DNA of 64,000 nucleotides from Mobula hypostoma. Its lineage: Eukaryota. Positions 50,570-62,254 of the stretch are shown one piece after another. Location of the stretch: positions 120,158,001-120,222,000 of the forward strand of contig NC_086097.1 in NCBI RefSeq assembly GCF_963921235.1, written 5' to 3'. Both the position numbers and the translations under genes were made by a program. Under the pieces are notes generated by a model. It did no database searches and had not been told where the DNA came from. It worked only from the letters and a program-made list of their open reading frames with translations. How positions within the stretch are numbered: the stretch's first letter is position 1; each line of letters opens with the position of its first letter.

Positions 50570-53330
50570 ATAAGACATATGAGAAGAATTAGGCTACCTG
50601 ACCCATTGAGTTTTCTCTGCCATGCCATCATGGCTGATTTATTAACAATTTAATTTCTATTCCCCTGCTTCCTTCCTGTAACCTTTGATGCCCAGACTAA
50701 ATAAGAATCTATCAAACTCTGCTTTAAGTATACTCAATGACTTAGCCTCCACAGCAATCCGTGGCAATTAGCTCCACAGATTCACCACACTCCGGCTAAA
50801 GAAATTCCTCCTGATCTCTGCTGTAAATGAACATTCCTCTATTCTGAGGCTGTGCCCTCAGGTCCTAGACACACCCACTATAGAAAACATACTCACCACA
50901 TCCACTCTGTCTATGCCTTTCAGTATTCAATAGATTTCAACGAGATCCTCCTCATTCTTTTAAACTCCGGCAAGTACAGGCACAGAGCCGTCAAATGTTC
51001 CTCATACGTTAAACCTTTCATTCCCGGAATCATTCTCGTGAACTTCCTCTGAACCCTCTCCAATGTCAGCACAAAATTGCTCATGATATTTCAAGTTCAT
51101 TCTGACCAGGGTCTTATAAAGCCTTAGCATTATATCCTTGCCCTTATATTCTAGTCCTCTCAAAATGAATGCTAGCACTGCATATGCCTTCTTTAACACT
51201 GACTCAATCTGCAAGTAACATTTAAGGAATGCTCCATGAGGACTCCCAAGTCGCTTTGTACCTTGTATTTTTGAATTTTCTCCCCATTTAGAAAATAGTC
51301 TATGCCTTTATTCCTTCTATCATAGTGAATATCATACACTTCCCTACACTATATTCGATCTGCCATTTATTTGCCCAATCTCCCAAATCTGTCTGCATCC
51401 TTCTGCAGACTCCCTGCTTCCTCAAAACTACTTATATTTGTATTCTCTCAAACTAAGTCACAAAGCTATGAATTCCATCATCGGAATCATTGACATACCT
51501 TATAATGTGAAAAGAAGCAGTGTCAGTACCAAGCCTTGAAGAACACCACTTGTCACATCAGCCAACAGAAAAGGCCCCCTAATAGAACATAGAACATGGA
51601 ATAGTACAGCACAGTACAGGTCCTTCAGCCCACAATGTTATGCCGACCCTCAAACCCTGCCTCCCATATAAGTCCCAACTTAAATTCCTTCATATACCTG
51701 TCTAGTAGTCTCTTAAATTTCACTAGTGTATCTGCCTCCACCACTGACTGTGGCAGTCATACAACGCACCAACCACTCTCTGAGTAAAAAACCTTCCTCT
51801 AATGTCCCCCTTGAACTTCCCGCTCCTTACCTTAAAGCCATGTCCTCTTGTATTGAGCAGTGGTGCCCTGGGGAAGAGGCGCTGGCTATCCACTCTATCT
51901 ATTCCTCTTATTATCTTGTATGCCCTTATCATGTCTCCTCTCATCCTCCTTCTCTCCAAAGAGTAAAGCCCTAGCTTCCTTAATCTCTGATCATAATCCA
52001 TACTCTCTAAACCAGGCAGCATCCTGGTAAATCTCCTCTATACCCTTTCCAATGCTTCCACATCCTTCCTATAGTGAGGCGACCAGAACTGGACACAATA
52101 CTCCAAGAGTGGCCTAACCAGAGTTTTATAGAGCTGCATCATTACATCGTGACTCTTAAACTCTGCCCCTCGACTTATGAAAGCTAACACCCCATAAGCT
52201 TTCTTAACTACCCTATCCACCTGTGAAGCAACTTTCAGGGATCTGTGGACATGTACCCCCAGATCCCTCTGCTCCTCTACACTACCAAGTATCCTGCCAT
52301 TTACTTTGTACTCTGCCTTGGAGTTTGTCCTTCCAAAGTGTACCACCTCACACTTCTCTGGGTTGAACTCCATCTGCCACTTCTCAGCCCACTTTTGCAT
52401 CCTATCAATGTCTCTCTGCAATCTTTACACTATGTCTCTCTACACTATCCTCAACACCACCAATCTTCGTGTTTTCTGCAAACTTGCCAACCCACCCTTC
52501 TATCTGATTCTTTCACTACTGCCATTCAGCCAATATTCTATCCATGCTAGTATCTTTTCTCTAATACCAAGGACTTAGCTTGTTAAGCAGCCTCATGTGT
52601 GGCGCCGTGTCAAGGCCTTCTGAGAATCCTAGTAGACAATATCCACTGAATCTCTTTTGTTTCTCCTGCCTCTTATTGGCTCAAAGAATTCCATTAGATT
52701 TATGATGCAAGAAAACCATGCTGATTTTGGCCTATTTTATCATGCACCACTGAATAACCTGAAGCCTTATGCTTAAAACAGGACTCCAATATCTTCCCAA
52801 TCACTGAAGTCAAGCTAACTAGTCTATAATTTCCTTTTTGTGCCTCCCTCCCTTGAAAAGAGGAGAGGCATTTGCAATTTCCCAGTGTTCCTGAACTATT
52901 CCAGAATTTAGTAGTTCATGAATCAGAATGCTGGGGTATAGTCCATCTGTTCTAGGTGACTTATCTACTTTCAGAACTTTCAGCTTTCCAAGCACTTCCT
53001 CCTCAGTAATAGCGATTAGACTCACTTCTGTCCCTGAACACTCTCAAGTTACTGGCATACTGCTAGTGTCTTCCATAGTGAAGATTGACAATGAAATATG
53101 CTTATGTTTGTCCGCCATTTCTTTATTCCCCCATTAATATCTCACTACCATCATTTTCCGGCGGTCCAATATACACTCTCAACTCTCTTTTACTCTTTAT
53201 AGGTCTGAAATAATTTTTGGTATCCTCTGTGATATTATTGGCTAGCTTACCTTCATATTTCAACTTTTTTCTCCTTATGGCTATTTTAGTTGCCTTTTAT
53301 TGCCTTTTATTGGTTTTTAAAAACTTCCCA
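50570..53330 (-). mobile_element. Decayed CR1 LINE hosting a younger CR1 3' end (about 51581-52500)
   Basis: Host ORFs 51002-51214 and 52819-53025; nested ORFs 52038-52421 and 51723-52022 with a (TGTTCTA)n tail at about 51581. Confidence 0.88.
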
Positions 53331-53350
53331 AAAAAAAATATTTTTTTGCT

Positions 53351-54020
53351 AGCAACACACGCAAAATGCTGGAGGAACACAGCAGGCCAGGCAGCATCTA
53401 TGGGAAAAAAGTACAGTTGACCTTTGGCAGGACTGGAGAAAAAAGGCTGAGGAGTAGGTGTAAAAGGTGGGTGAGGGGAGAGAGCAACACAGGGTGATAG
53501 GTGAAACCTGAAGGGGGAGGGATGAAGTAAAGTGCTGGGAAGTTGATTGGTGAAAGAGATACAAGGTTGGAGAAATGGGGAGTCTGATAGAAGAGGACAG
53601 AAGGCCATGGAAGAAAGAAAAGGAGGGAGTGCACCAGAGGGAGGTGGTGAGTGGGCAAGAAGATAATGTGAGAGAGGGAAAGGGGGATGGGAAATAGAGA
53701 AGGAGAGGGAGGGGGGCATTCATGGAATTTTGAGAAATCAATGTTCATGTCATCATGTTGGTGGCTACCTAGTTGGAATATAAGGTGTTGTTCCTCCAAA
53801 CTAAGTGTGGAGGAGGCCATGGATAGACATATCAGAACAGCAATAGGAAGTGGAATTAAATTGGTGGCCACTGGGAGATCCTGCTTTTCCTTCTGACTTT
53901 TTCAGTAGGTTCTCAGCGAAGCAGTCTCCCAATCTACTTTGGGTCTCTCCAACATACAGGATGCCACACCGTCAGCACCAGATACAGTATATGACCCCAG
54001 CAGACTCACAAGTGAATATT
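53351..54020 (-). mobile_element. Penelope-like element 3' portion with the hammerhead core deleted
   Basis: LEEQHLIFQLGS.Q...MNIDFS in ORF 53398-53871; ESAGVIYCIWC..CGILYVGET near 54010-53945. Confidence 0.85.
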
Positions 54021-54104
54021 CTGGAAGGTTCCAGAAGACTGAAAAATTTACAAGTATCACTTGACTCTTCAGGAAGGGTGAGAGGCAGAAGAAAGGAAAC
54101 TCTA

Positions 54105-55775
54105 GGGCAGTTAGTCTGACCTCAGTGGTTGGGAAGACGTTGGGGTCGATTATTAAGGATGAGGTCTCAGGGTACTTGGAGGCACATGATAAAATAGGCT
54201 GTAGTCAGCATAGTTTCCTCAAGGCAAAATCTTCCCTGCCAAATCTGTTGGGATTCTTTGAAAAAGTAACAAGCAGAAGCAGCAAAGGAAAACCGGTTTC
54301 TGCAGTGTACATGGATTTTTAGAAGACCTTTGACAAGATGCCACACACAAGGCTGCTTAACAAGCTATGAGCTCATGGTATTACAGGAAAGACAAGGCGG
54401 GAGGAGAAGATGGCAGTGTGGCCTCTCCGGTGATGATATCTGTTATTTGTCAAGTAGGATACCGTGCACAATTCTGATTTGATGGAGGCAGACTTGAGAG
54501 CATCTGGTGAAGCTTCTGAAGCTGCCGCTGCTACTATAATCCGAAATCTCCGGAGGGGAAGGCCCCAAATCCTCCGCTTTGCCTGTTGCTTGGCGGCCGG
54601 GGTCAGAGCGCTTGGTAGAGATGGTTCTCAGTGCTTGGTGTCAGAGGCTTGAAGTTTTCGGACGGACTCAGAGTTGGACTGTGGTCGGGTGCTTCCAATA
54701 TGCTGCATCGGCAAGTTTGCAGCGCTGGAGGTTCATGGCAGGGAGAGTTTTTCTTTCTTCTACCATCTGCGTGAGATGATGGGCTATCGGCACTTTGAGA
54801 CTTTTTTTTACCGTGCCCATAGTCTGCTCTTATCAAATTATGGTATTGCTTTGCACTGTTGTAACTATATGTTATAATTATGTGGTTTTTGTCAATTTTA
54901 GTCTTGGTTTGTCTTGTGTTTCTGTGACATCATACTGGAGGAACATTGTATCATTTTTTAATGCATGCATTTCTAAATGACAATAAACAAGAACTGAGTG
55001 TCCTCATAATCTAAAAAATATATATATTCTAGCATGGATAAAGCAGTGTCTGACTGGCAGGAGGAAAGAGTGGGAATAAAGGGAACATTTTCTTTCTGGC
55101 TGCTGTTGACTGGTGGTGTTGCACAAGGATTTGTGTTGGGACTAATACATTTTACATTATATGTCAATGATTTGGATGATGCAATTGATGGCTTTGTTGC
55201 AAAGTTTCCAGACAATATGAAAATAGCGGGGGGGGGGGCAGATAGTGTTGAGGAAGTATAGTGGCTACAGAAGAACTGAGAGAGATTAGGAAAATGGGTA
55301 AAGAAATAGTAAATGATATACAGTGTTGGGAAGTGTATGGTCATGCACTTTGGCAGAAGAAATAAAAGGGTTGACTATTTTCTAAATAGAGGGAATGTAC
55401 AAAAACTGAGGTGCAAAAGAACTTGGGAGTCCTTGTGCAGGATTCCCTGAAGGTTAATTCATAGGTTGAGTCTCTGGTAATGAAGGCAGAAGCAATTTTA
55501 GCAATCAGTTCAAGAGGACTAGAATATAAAAGCAAAGATGTAATGTAGAAACTTTATAAAACACTGGTGAGGTCTCACTTGGAGTATTGTGAGCAGGTTT
55601 GGTATCTTAGAAAGGATGTGCTAAAACTGGAAAGGGTTCAAAGGAGGTTCATGAAAATGACTCCAGGTCTGAATGGCTTGTCCTATGATAAGTGATGCCT
55701 CTAGGCCTATATTCACTAGAATTCAGAAGATGGAGGGGTGACCTCATTGAAACGATCAAATGACGAAAGGCATTG
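54105..55775 (+). mobile_element. Decayed CR1 RT region interrupted by a retroposon
   Basis: ORFs 54125-54322 and 55034-55261 (GVAQG.VLG...NDLD..IDGFVAKF). Confidence 0.85.
54393..55026 (+). mobile_element. Non-coding non-autonomous retroposon, copy 2
   Basis: End-to-end similarity to 38091-38750 (GGAGAAGATGG ... CTGAGTGTCCTCATAATCT). Confidence 0.85.
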
Positions 55776-55799
55776 AACGAGAATGTCTTTAAAGAGAGT

Positions 55800-56585
55800 G
55801 AACTCTCACAAGACTGAAGGTCCTGATGGCGTACTGGTAAGCCTCTGAAAACCTGTGGCAACCAACTAGCAGGAGTATGCAGGCACATTTTCAACCACGC
55901 ACTGCTATGGGCGGAAGATCCCACTTGCTTCAAAAAGGCAACAATTATACCAGTACTAAGAAGAATAATGTGGACTGCCTTAATGACTATAGCCTGGTAG
56001 CACTCACAGTGATGAAATGCTTTGAGAGGTTGGTCATGACGAGACGGAACTCCTGCCTCAGCAAGGACCTGGACCCATTGCAATTTGCCAATTGCCACAA
56101 TAGGCCAATGGCAGATGCAATCTTAATGGCTCCCACGCAGCTTTAGACCACCTAGACAACACAAGCACCTACGTCAGGATGCTGTGCATCGACTATAGCA
56201 TTTAATACCATTATTCCCACAATCCTGATGAGAAGTTGCAGAACCTGGGCCTCTGTACCTCCCTCTGCAATTGGATCCGCAACTTCCTAAATGGAAGACC
56301 ACAATCTGTGTGAATTGATGATAACATATCCTCCTCGCTGACGATCAACACTGGCGCACCTCAGGGGCATGTGCTTAGCCCACTGCTCTACTCTATATAT
56401 ACCCATATCTGTGTGGCTAGGTATAGCTTAAATACCATCTATAAATTTGCTAATGATACAACCATTGTTGGTAGAATCTCAGGTGGTGGCAAGATGGCGT
56501 ACAGGAGTGAGATATGCCAACTAGTGGAGTGGTGCCATAGCAACAAACTGGCACTCAACATCAGTAAGATGACAGAGCTGATTAC
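55800..56585 (+). mobile_element. Rex1/Babar-type RT fragment
   Basis: [17 protein letters not shown]...LDPLQFA and LSPLLYSIYT...YKFANDTTIVG. Confidence 0.85.
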
Positions 56586-56619
56586 AGGAAAGATGTAAAT
56601 TACCAATTTATTAGATGCA

Positions 56620-57945
56620 GGAGTGGAACCCCTTGATTGGTGAAAGAAGTAAAGGGCTAGAGAAGGGGGAATCTGACAGGAGAGGACAGAGTTCCATGAA
56701 AGAAAGGGAAGGTGGAGGAGCACCACAGGGAGGTTATAGGCAGTAAAGAAATAAGGTGAGAAGGGGAAATGGGAATGGGGAATGGTGAAGATGAGGAGGG
56801 CAATTATAGGAAGTTTGAGAAATCAACATTCGTGCCATCAGGTTGGAGGCTACCCAGATGGAATACAAAGTGCAGCCCTCTTACCTTGAGAGTGGCTCTA
56901 TGGTGGCAGTTGAGGAGGCCGTGGACCGACATGTTGGAACGGTAATAAGAAAAAGAATTGAATTGGGTGACTACCGGGGGTCCCATTTTGTGTGGCAGAT
57001 GGAGCGAAGGCACTTGGCAGAAGGACTGACTGGAGCCCTGAATGATAGTGAGGGGAGAGGTGTAGGGGCAGGCGTGTCATTTGTTCTGCTTGCAAGGATA
57101 AGTACTGGGAGGGAGATCAGTGGAGAGGGACAAATGGACAAGCAAGTCACATAGGAAGCGATCCCTGCAGAAAGTAGAAAGTGGGGGGACGGGGGAGGGA
57201 AAGATGTGCTTGGTGATGGGATCCCATTGGAGATGGTGGTAATTATGGAAAATTATGTGCTGGATGCCCTGGTGGGGTGGCGGGTGGATGGATTGAGGGC
57301 AGACGTTCATGAAGTTGGAAAGTTAAGAGTGAGGGCAGTACTAATGGCAGAGTAAGGAAAACCCCTTTCCTTGAAGGAGGAGGATCTCTCATTAGTTCTG
57401 GAATGAAAGTCTCATCCCGAGAGCAGATACAATGGGGCCAAAGGAATTAAGGAAAGGAATGGCATTTTTACAAGCAACAGGGTGGGAAGATGTATTTTTC
57501 AGATGCTGAGGGAAGCAGTGAGTTGAGTAAATATACCAGTAGATAAACTCTCCAAAGATAGACACAGAGAGATCGAGAAAGGGATGGGAAATACCAGAAA
57601 TGGACCAGGTAAATTTGAGGGCAGGGTGGGAGTTGGAGGCAAGGTAAATGAAGTCAACAACCTCAGCATGGGTGCAGGAAGCAGCACCAATGCAGTCGTC
57701 AATGTAACATTTGAGTAATCAGGGGATGATACCAGTGTAGGCTTCGAACATAGACTGTTCCATGTAAACGTCAAAAAAGTAGGCATAGCTGGAACCCATG
57801 CAATTGCCCATGGCTACACCTTTTGTTTAAAGGAAGTGGGAGGAGCTAAAGAAGAAATTATTGAGAGTGAGGACCAGTTCTGCTAAACAGAGGAGAGTGG
57901 TGGTGGAGGAGAATTGGATGGGTCTGATGTCCAGAAAGAAGAGGT
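56620..57945 (-). mobile_element. Penelope-like element fragment (RT C-terminus through GIY-YIG)
   Basis: GVAMG (about 57820), YIDDCIGAAS (about 57706-57678), and ORFs 57077-57310 and 56804-57013 (LGSLQPDGTNVDFS). Confidence 0.85.
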
Positions 57946-58462
57946 TTCCTCTGAGGCTGGGTGGGACTACAACCAGAGATTAGGGGTCAAAGGTCAAAGA
58001 TGAGAAGTTTAAGCGGAACATAAGGGGTAACTAATTCACTTAGAGGATTTGTGAGAGTGTGGAACGAGCTGCCAGCACAAGTGGTGCATGCGAGCCTGAT
58101 TTCAACATTGAAACCTATAGAAAGGCCAAGATAGAGTGGATGTGAAGATGATGTTTCTAATAATTGAGGAATCTAGGACCAGAGGGCACAGCCTCAGAAT
58201 ACAAGGCTAGAGCTAAGGAGGAATTCCTTTAGTTAGGGGTGGTGAATCTTTTAGAATTCATTGCAACAGATGGCTGCAGAGCATGAGTCATTGGCTATAT
58301 TTAAGGTGGAGGGTGATTGATTCTTGGTAGACAAGGGTGTCAAAGGTTATGGGGCGAAGACAGGAGAATGGGGTTGATATGGATAATATATTAGCCATGA
58401 TCAAATAGTGGAGCAGACTTGATAGGCTGAATGGCCTAATTCTGATCCTTATGGTCTTATGT
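57945..58462 (+). mobile_element. CR1 3' fragments
   Basis: RVWNELPAQVV- and ESRTRGHSLRI-like remnants; CR1 UTR and (TGGTCTTA)-type tail. Confidence 0.75.
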
Positions 58463-58802
58463 TCTAAAACAAAATGTAATTTCTTCAAGAAAAAACATAC
58501 ATGTGAAGGTAATTGATTAAGTAATATTTAAATTACATTTATAAAATAAACCTATAGTTACATTAGTTATTGATGAAGATAAAAGGCAGAAGAAATTATG
58601 CAACAGAAACTAAGTATTGTGGTTACAAACTATTTAAGCATAATAGCAGTAATTCTGAAGTAGGCTGGAAAATAACTAATGTAAAGTGACTGTAGAACAG
58701 TTATCCTTACACTCATTCAATAAAAAATAATAATACTTATTACTAAGTGTTTTTTTGCGATTATCAGAGCCATAACTAAAAGCCAAGACAGATTCAGAAG
58801 TA

Positions 58803-59031
58803 ACACATGTCAAAGTTGCTGGTGAACGCAGCAGGCCAGGCAGCATCTCTAGGAAGAGGTACAGTCGACAATACGGGCCGTGACCCTTCTTTCAGTTAGT
58901 CCTGACGAAGGGTCTCGGCCCGAAACGTCGACTGTACCTCTTCCTAGAGATGCTGCCTGGCCTGCTGCATTCACCAGCAACTTTGATGTGTGTTGCTTGA
59001 ATTTCCAGCATCTGCAGAATTCCTCGTGTTT
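58803..59031 (+). mobile_element. Palindromic short Penelope-terminus retroposon with 15-bp TSD
   Basis: Inverted arms 58802-58889 / 58907-58994 (81 of 88 complementary); ACAGATTCAGAAGTA at 58788-58802 and 59032-59046. Confidence 0.9.
58898..58933 (+). ncRNA. Intact minimal type I hammerhead ribozyme
   Basis: AGTC | CTGACGA | A GGG TCTCGG CCC | GAAA | C GTC | GACT; predicted cleavage after C58929. Confidence 0.8.
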
Positions 59032-59046
59032 ACAGATTCAGAAGTA

Positions 59047-59142
59047 CTCATGAAGGGTCTCAGCCTGAAACGTCCACTGTTCATTCGTCTCCATAAAGCT
59101 GCATAACCTGCTGAGTTCTTCCAGCATCTTATGTGTGTTACA
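59047..59142 (+). mobile_element. Older short hammerhead unit at the same target site
   Basis: CTCATGAAGGGTCTCAGCCTGAAACGTCCACTG...; followed by ACAGATTCATAAG (59143-59155). Confidence 0.8.
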
Positions 59143-59739
59143 ACAGATTCATAAGGGGAAGATTCTGCCTGACACATCTCACCTGAGACATTGACAAACC
59201 AGACTGGATATGAAAAATCTTACCACAGAATGAGGCTAAATGGAAAAGGATATTGAATTGACTGTAACTCAGGGTATGATTACATCTTCTCCTTGAGGCC
59301 AGTGCAAGCTTGAATTCCAAAAGATTTCAGATAAATTTCTCAGGAAAGGCCATTCATCAAACTCAAAACTTTACAGCTCGAAGGAACACAGGGCTAGAAA
59401 ACAATGAATAATTATTTAAAAAGCTATACCAAATTGATTGGATAACTTTCCCGGTACTTGGTTTTGTGAGTACAATTTGATTCTCTAACACTGGCCACTG
59501 TTTTGGAAATGCCACTCTGATTGCATCTGGGTCTGATATGGAAGGATCACTGCACAAGATTGCTAAAAGTTGACATCTTCAAAAGGCAATACTTCAAAAA
59601 GACGGCATCCATCTTTAAGGACACCCATCACCCATAACCTGCCTTATTCTAATTACTACCTTCAGGGAGGAGACACAGGAACCTGAAGATCCACTCTCCA
59701 CTTTTTAGGAACAGCTTCTTCCCCTACAACACATTATAT

Positions 59740-60212
59740 TCCATCTGGGTAGCCTCCAATGGCATGGTTGGCAATTTCTCAAACTTTCGGTAATGCCTCG
59801 CCCCCGCCCTTCACCATTCCCCAAACCTTTTTTCCTCTCTCATCTTATCTCTTTGTCTGTGCATCACCTGCCTCTGGTGCTCCTTACCCTTCTTCTTTCT
59901 TCCATGGCCTTCAGTCCTCTCCTATTATATTCCCCGTTATCCAGCCCTGTATCCCTTTCACCTATCACTTCTCATCTCTTTACTTCACCACTCCTCCACT
60001 CCTGGATTCACCCTTCACCTTGTGCTTCTCGCTCCCCTCCCTGCACCTTTTAAATCTACTCCTTATCAATTTTTCTCCAGCCCTTCTAAACGGTTTTAAC
60101 CTGAAGCATCGACTGCACTCTTTTTCATCGGTACTGCCTGGCCTGCTGAGTTCCTCCAGCATTTTGCGTGTGTTGCTTGGACTTCCAGCATCTGCAGATT
60201 TTCTGTTGTTCA
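59740..60212 (+). mobile_element. Penelope-like 3' end with decayed hammerhead, preceded by a Rex1 fragment (about 59575-59730)
   Basis: FHLGSLQ remnant, pyrimidine-rich UTR and terminus ...TTCCAGCATCTGCAGATTTTC. Confidence 0.8.
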
Positions 60213-61787
60213 TACTACTGCTGGACTCTTCTTAGCAAACACAGTCGAGAGAGATTATTTTTCTGTCCCTCAGAACAATCTTAATTTTAATTATAAAAAT
60301 ATCTTTATCCTCTGTAACTTCATTTGTTTCCAACTTTATCATCCAGCTAGTAAAAAAGAAATGGTGCATTGCTGTATTGAGCCAGGGCGTGATTACTGGA
60401 CAATAGAAAAATTCTATTTAGTATTTAACCAAAGATGCCTTCCATTGCCATTGGTACTCTGAGAACTAAAATAACAAGGCACATCTTTAAACAAACTTGT
60501 CTTTATTAATGATAAATGACAAAACCAAATATGATTTTCTGAAAAAAAAGTAGTGTGATGTACAACAATTCCGCCAGTGGAGGCAATGTACTTGCAGTTG
60601 TTATCTTGCCAGGATCTACTTCATGCCTTCAGGAAAAAGATAACAAAATCACAAATATCATTTTTCACTCGCGTTGCTGTGCGTTAACCAGGTGAACTGG
60701 CTTAAAGATTGTTAACCTCAGGCTTGGCATGACATTTTACATGTCCTTGGCAACCTGTTGATTTCTTCTGCACCCCAGACAGGCCAAATGTTTGCAGTTA
60801 CATGAGCATCTATATTTGGCATCTATGACATGGTGTTTAATTAGACACCGGCATCACAGTCACAGATAGGCCTTTATTCCCCAAACACATAATTAACTAC
60901 TGCACTCTGCAAGCTACTTATCCAAAACAATAAACCCGTTATTCTTCCTTTTGGTCAATAATTATAAATACAACATCTATGTTGGTGGGGAAAAGTTATT
61001 TGCATAGGAAATATAAGTAGTAATTTTTTCTGTGTTAAGTATGATGTTCAAAAGCACGAGAGATTCTGCAGTCACTGGAAAGCCAGAGCAACACGAACAC
61101 ACACACAATGTTGGACAAACTATTTTATGTGATACTCTAGATTCCCAGTATTTTCACCATCTCTTGTATTTGTGATTTGTTGCTCCATGGTGAAATGTCT
61201 TTGAAATATAGTATGCCTACCCTGAGGAAGTTTAAATCTTCTCTTGACTTCCTCCTGTATTTTATATATGGCATTAAAATATGTTCTCCTGTAACTAATT
61301 CATCTATTGATTGGAACAGCTTTTATCTATGTATTTTATTCGGACTCCTCTATTAGACACAGCAACATTAACTTATATCTTTGCAGCTACTTAATATTTT
61401 ACAATGTTAAGAGTATTTTACAACATTTAACAGTAACAAACAACAGATTATGTAAGGACATATTTGGAGATTAGGCTAGGAAATACTTGGAAAAATGAAT
61501 AAATGTTGAAGATAGGAGCAAAAGTAGAAAATAATTTAAATAAAAAAGAGTGTGAGTCAGCTATACCCAGTTTGAGTTGGCTCCTCAGTTCTACAAAGTC
61601 TGGTTTATTAACCCTCTCAACCCCATTCTGCCTTCTCTCCATATCTTTTGACACACTTACTAATCAAGAACCTATCAATCTCCATTTTGTGTACACCCAA
61701 ATTCTTGGCCTCCACGGCTGCCTGTGGCAATAACTTCCATGGATTCACCGGCCTCCGGCTAAAGAAATTTCTCCTCATCTGTGTTCC

Positions 61788-61980
61788 TGTCATGGTAGTC
61801 ATGGCAGGACTGGACCTAGGTGCCAAGGAAGGGCAGACTCTGTCACAGAGAGCACCAGCAACAACTGAACCTATGTGCAGAGGCACTGAAGACTTCTATG
61901 TAGAGACGGAAAGAAGACGTTATATATGGGAACACCAACAGAGCATCAGTAGCGTGACCTAGCCCACAAGGCTAATTACA
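61788..61980. mobile_element. Putative short solo LTR (193 bp)
   Basis: TGT...ACA ends; GTTCC (61783-61787) / GTTCT (61981-61985) flanks; interrupts a CR1 UTR. Confidence 0.5.
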
Positions 61981-62254
61981 GTTCTAAGGGACATCTTTCT
62001 ATTCCAAGACTGTGCGCTCTGGCCTTAGACAGCCCCACTGTAGGAAACACCATCTCCACATCCATTCTATCTAGGCCTTCCGACATCCGAAAGGTTTCAA
62101 TAAGATTCCCCCATCATTCTTCTAAACCCCAGCAGGTGCAAGCCCAGAGCTTCTCATATGTCAACCCTTACATTCCTGGGATAATTTTTGTGAAACTTCT
62201 CTGGACCATCTCCAATGTCAGCACATAACTGCATACAATATTTATTAGTGCCTC

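Noticed and set aside
59363..59557. 64-aa ORF in unique sequence
   Set aside because: Weak donor and no recognisable homology.
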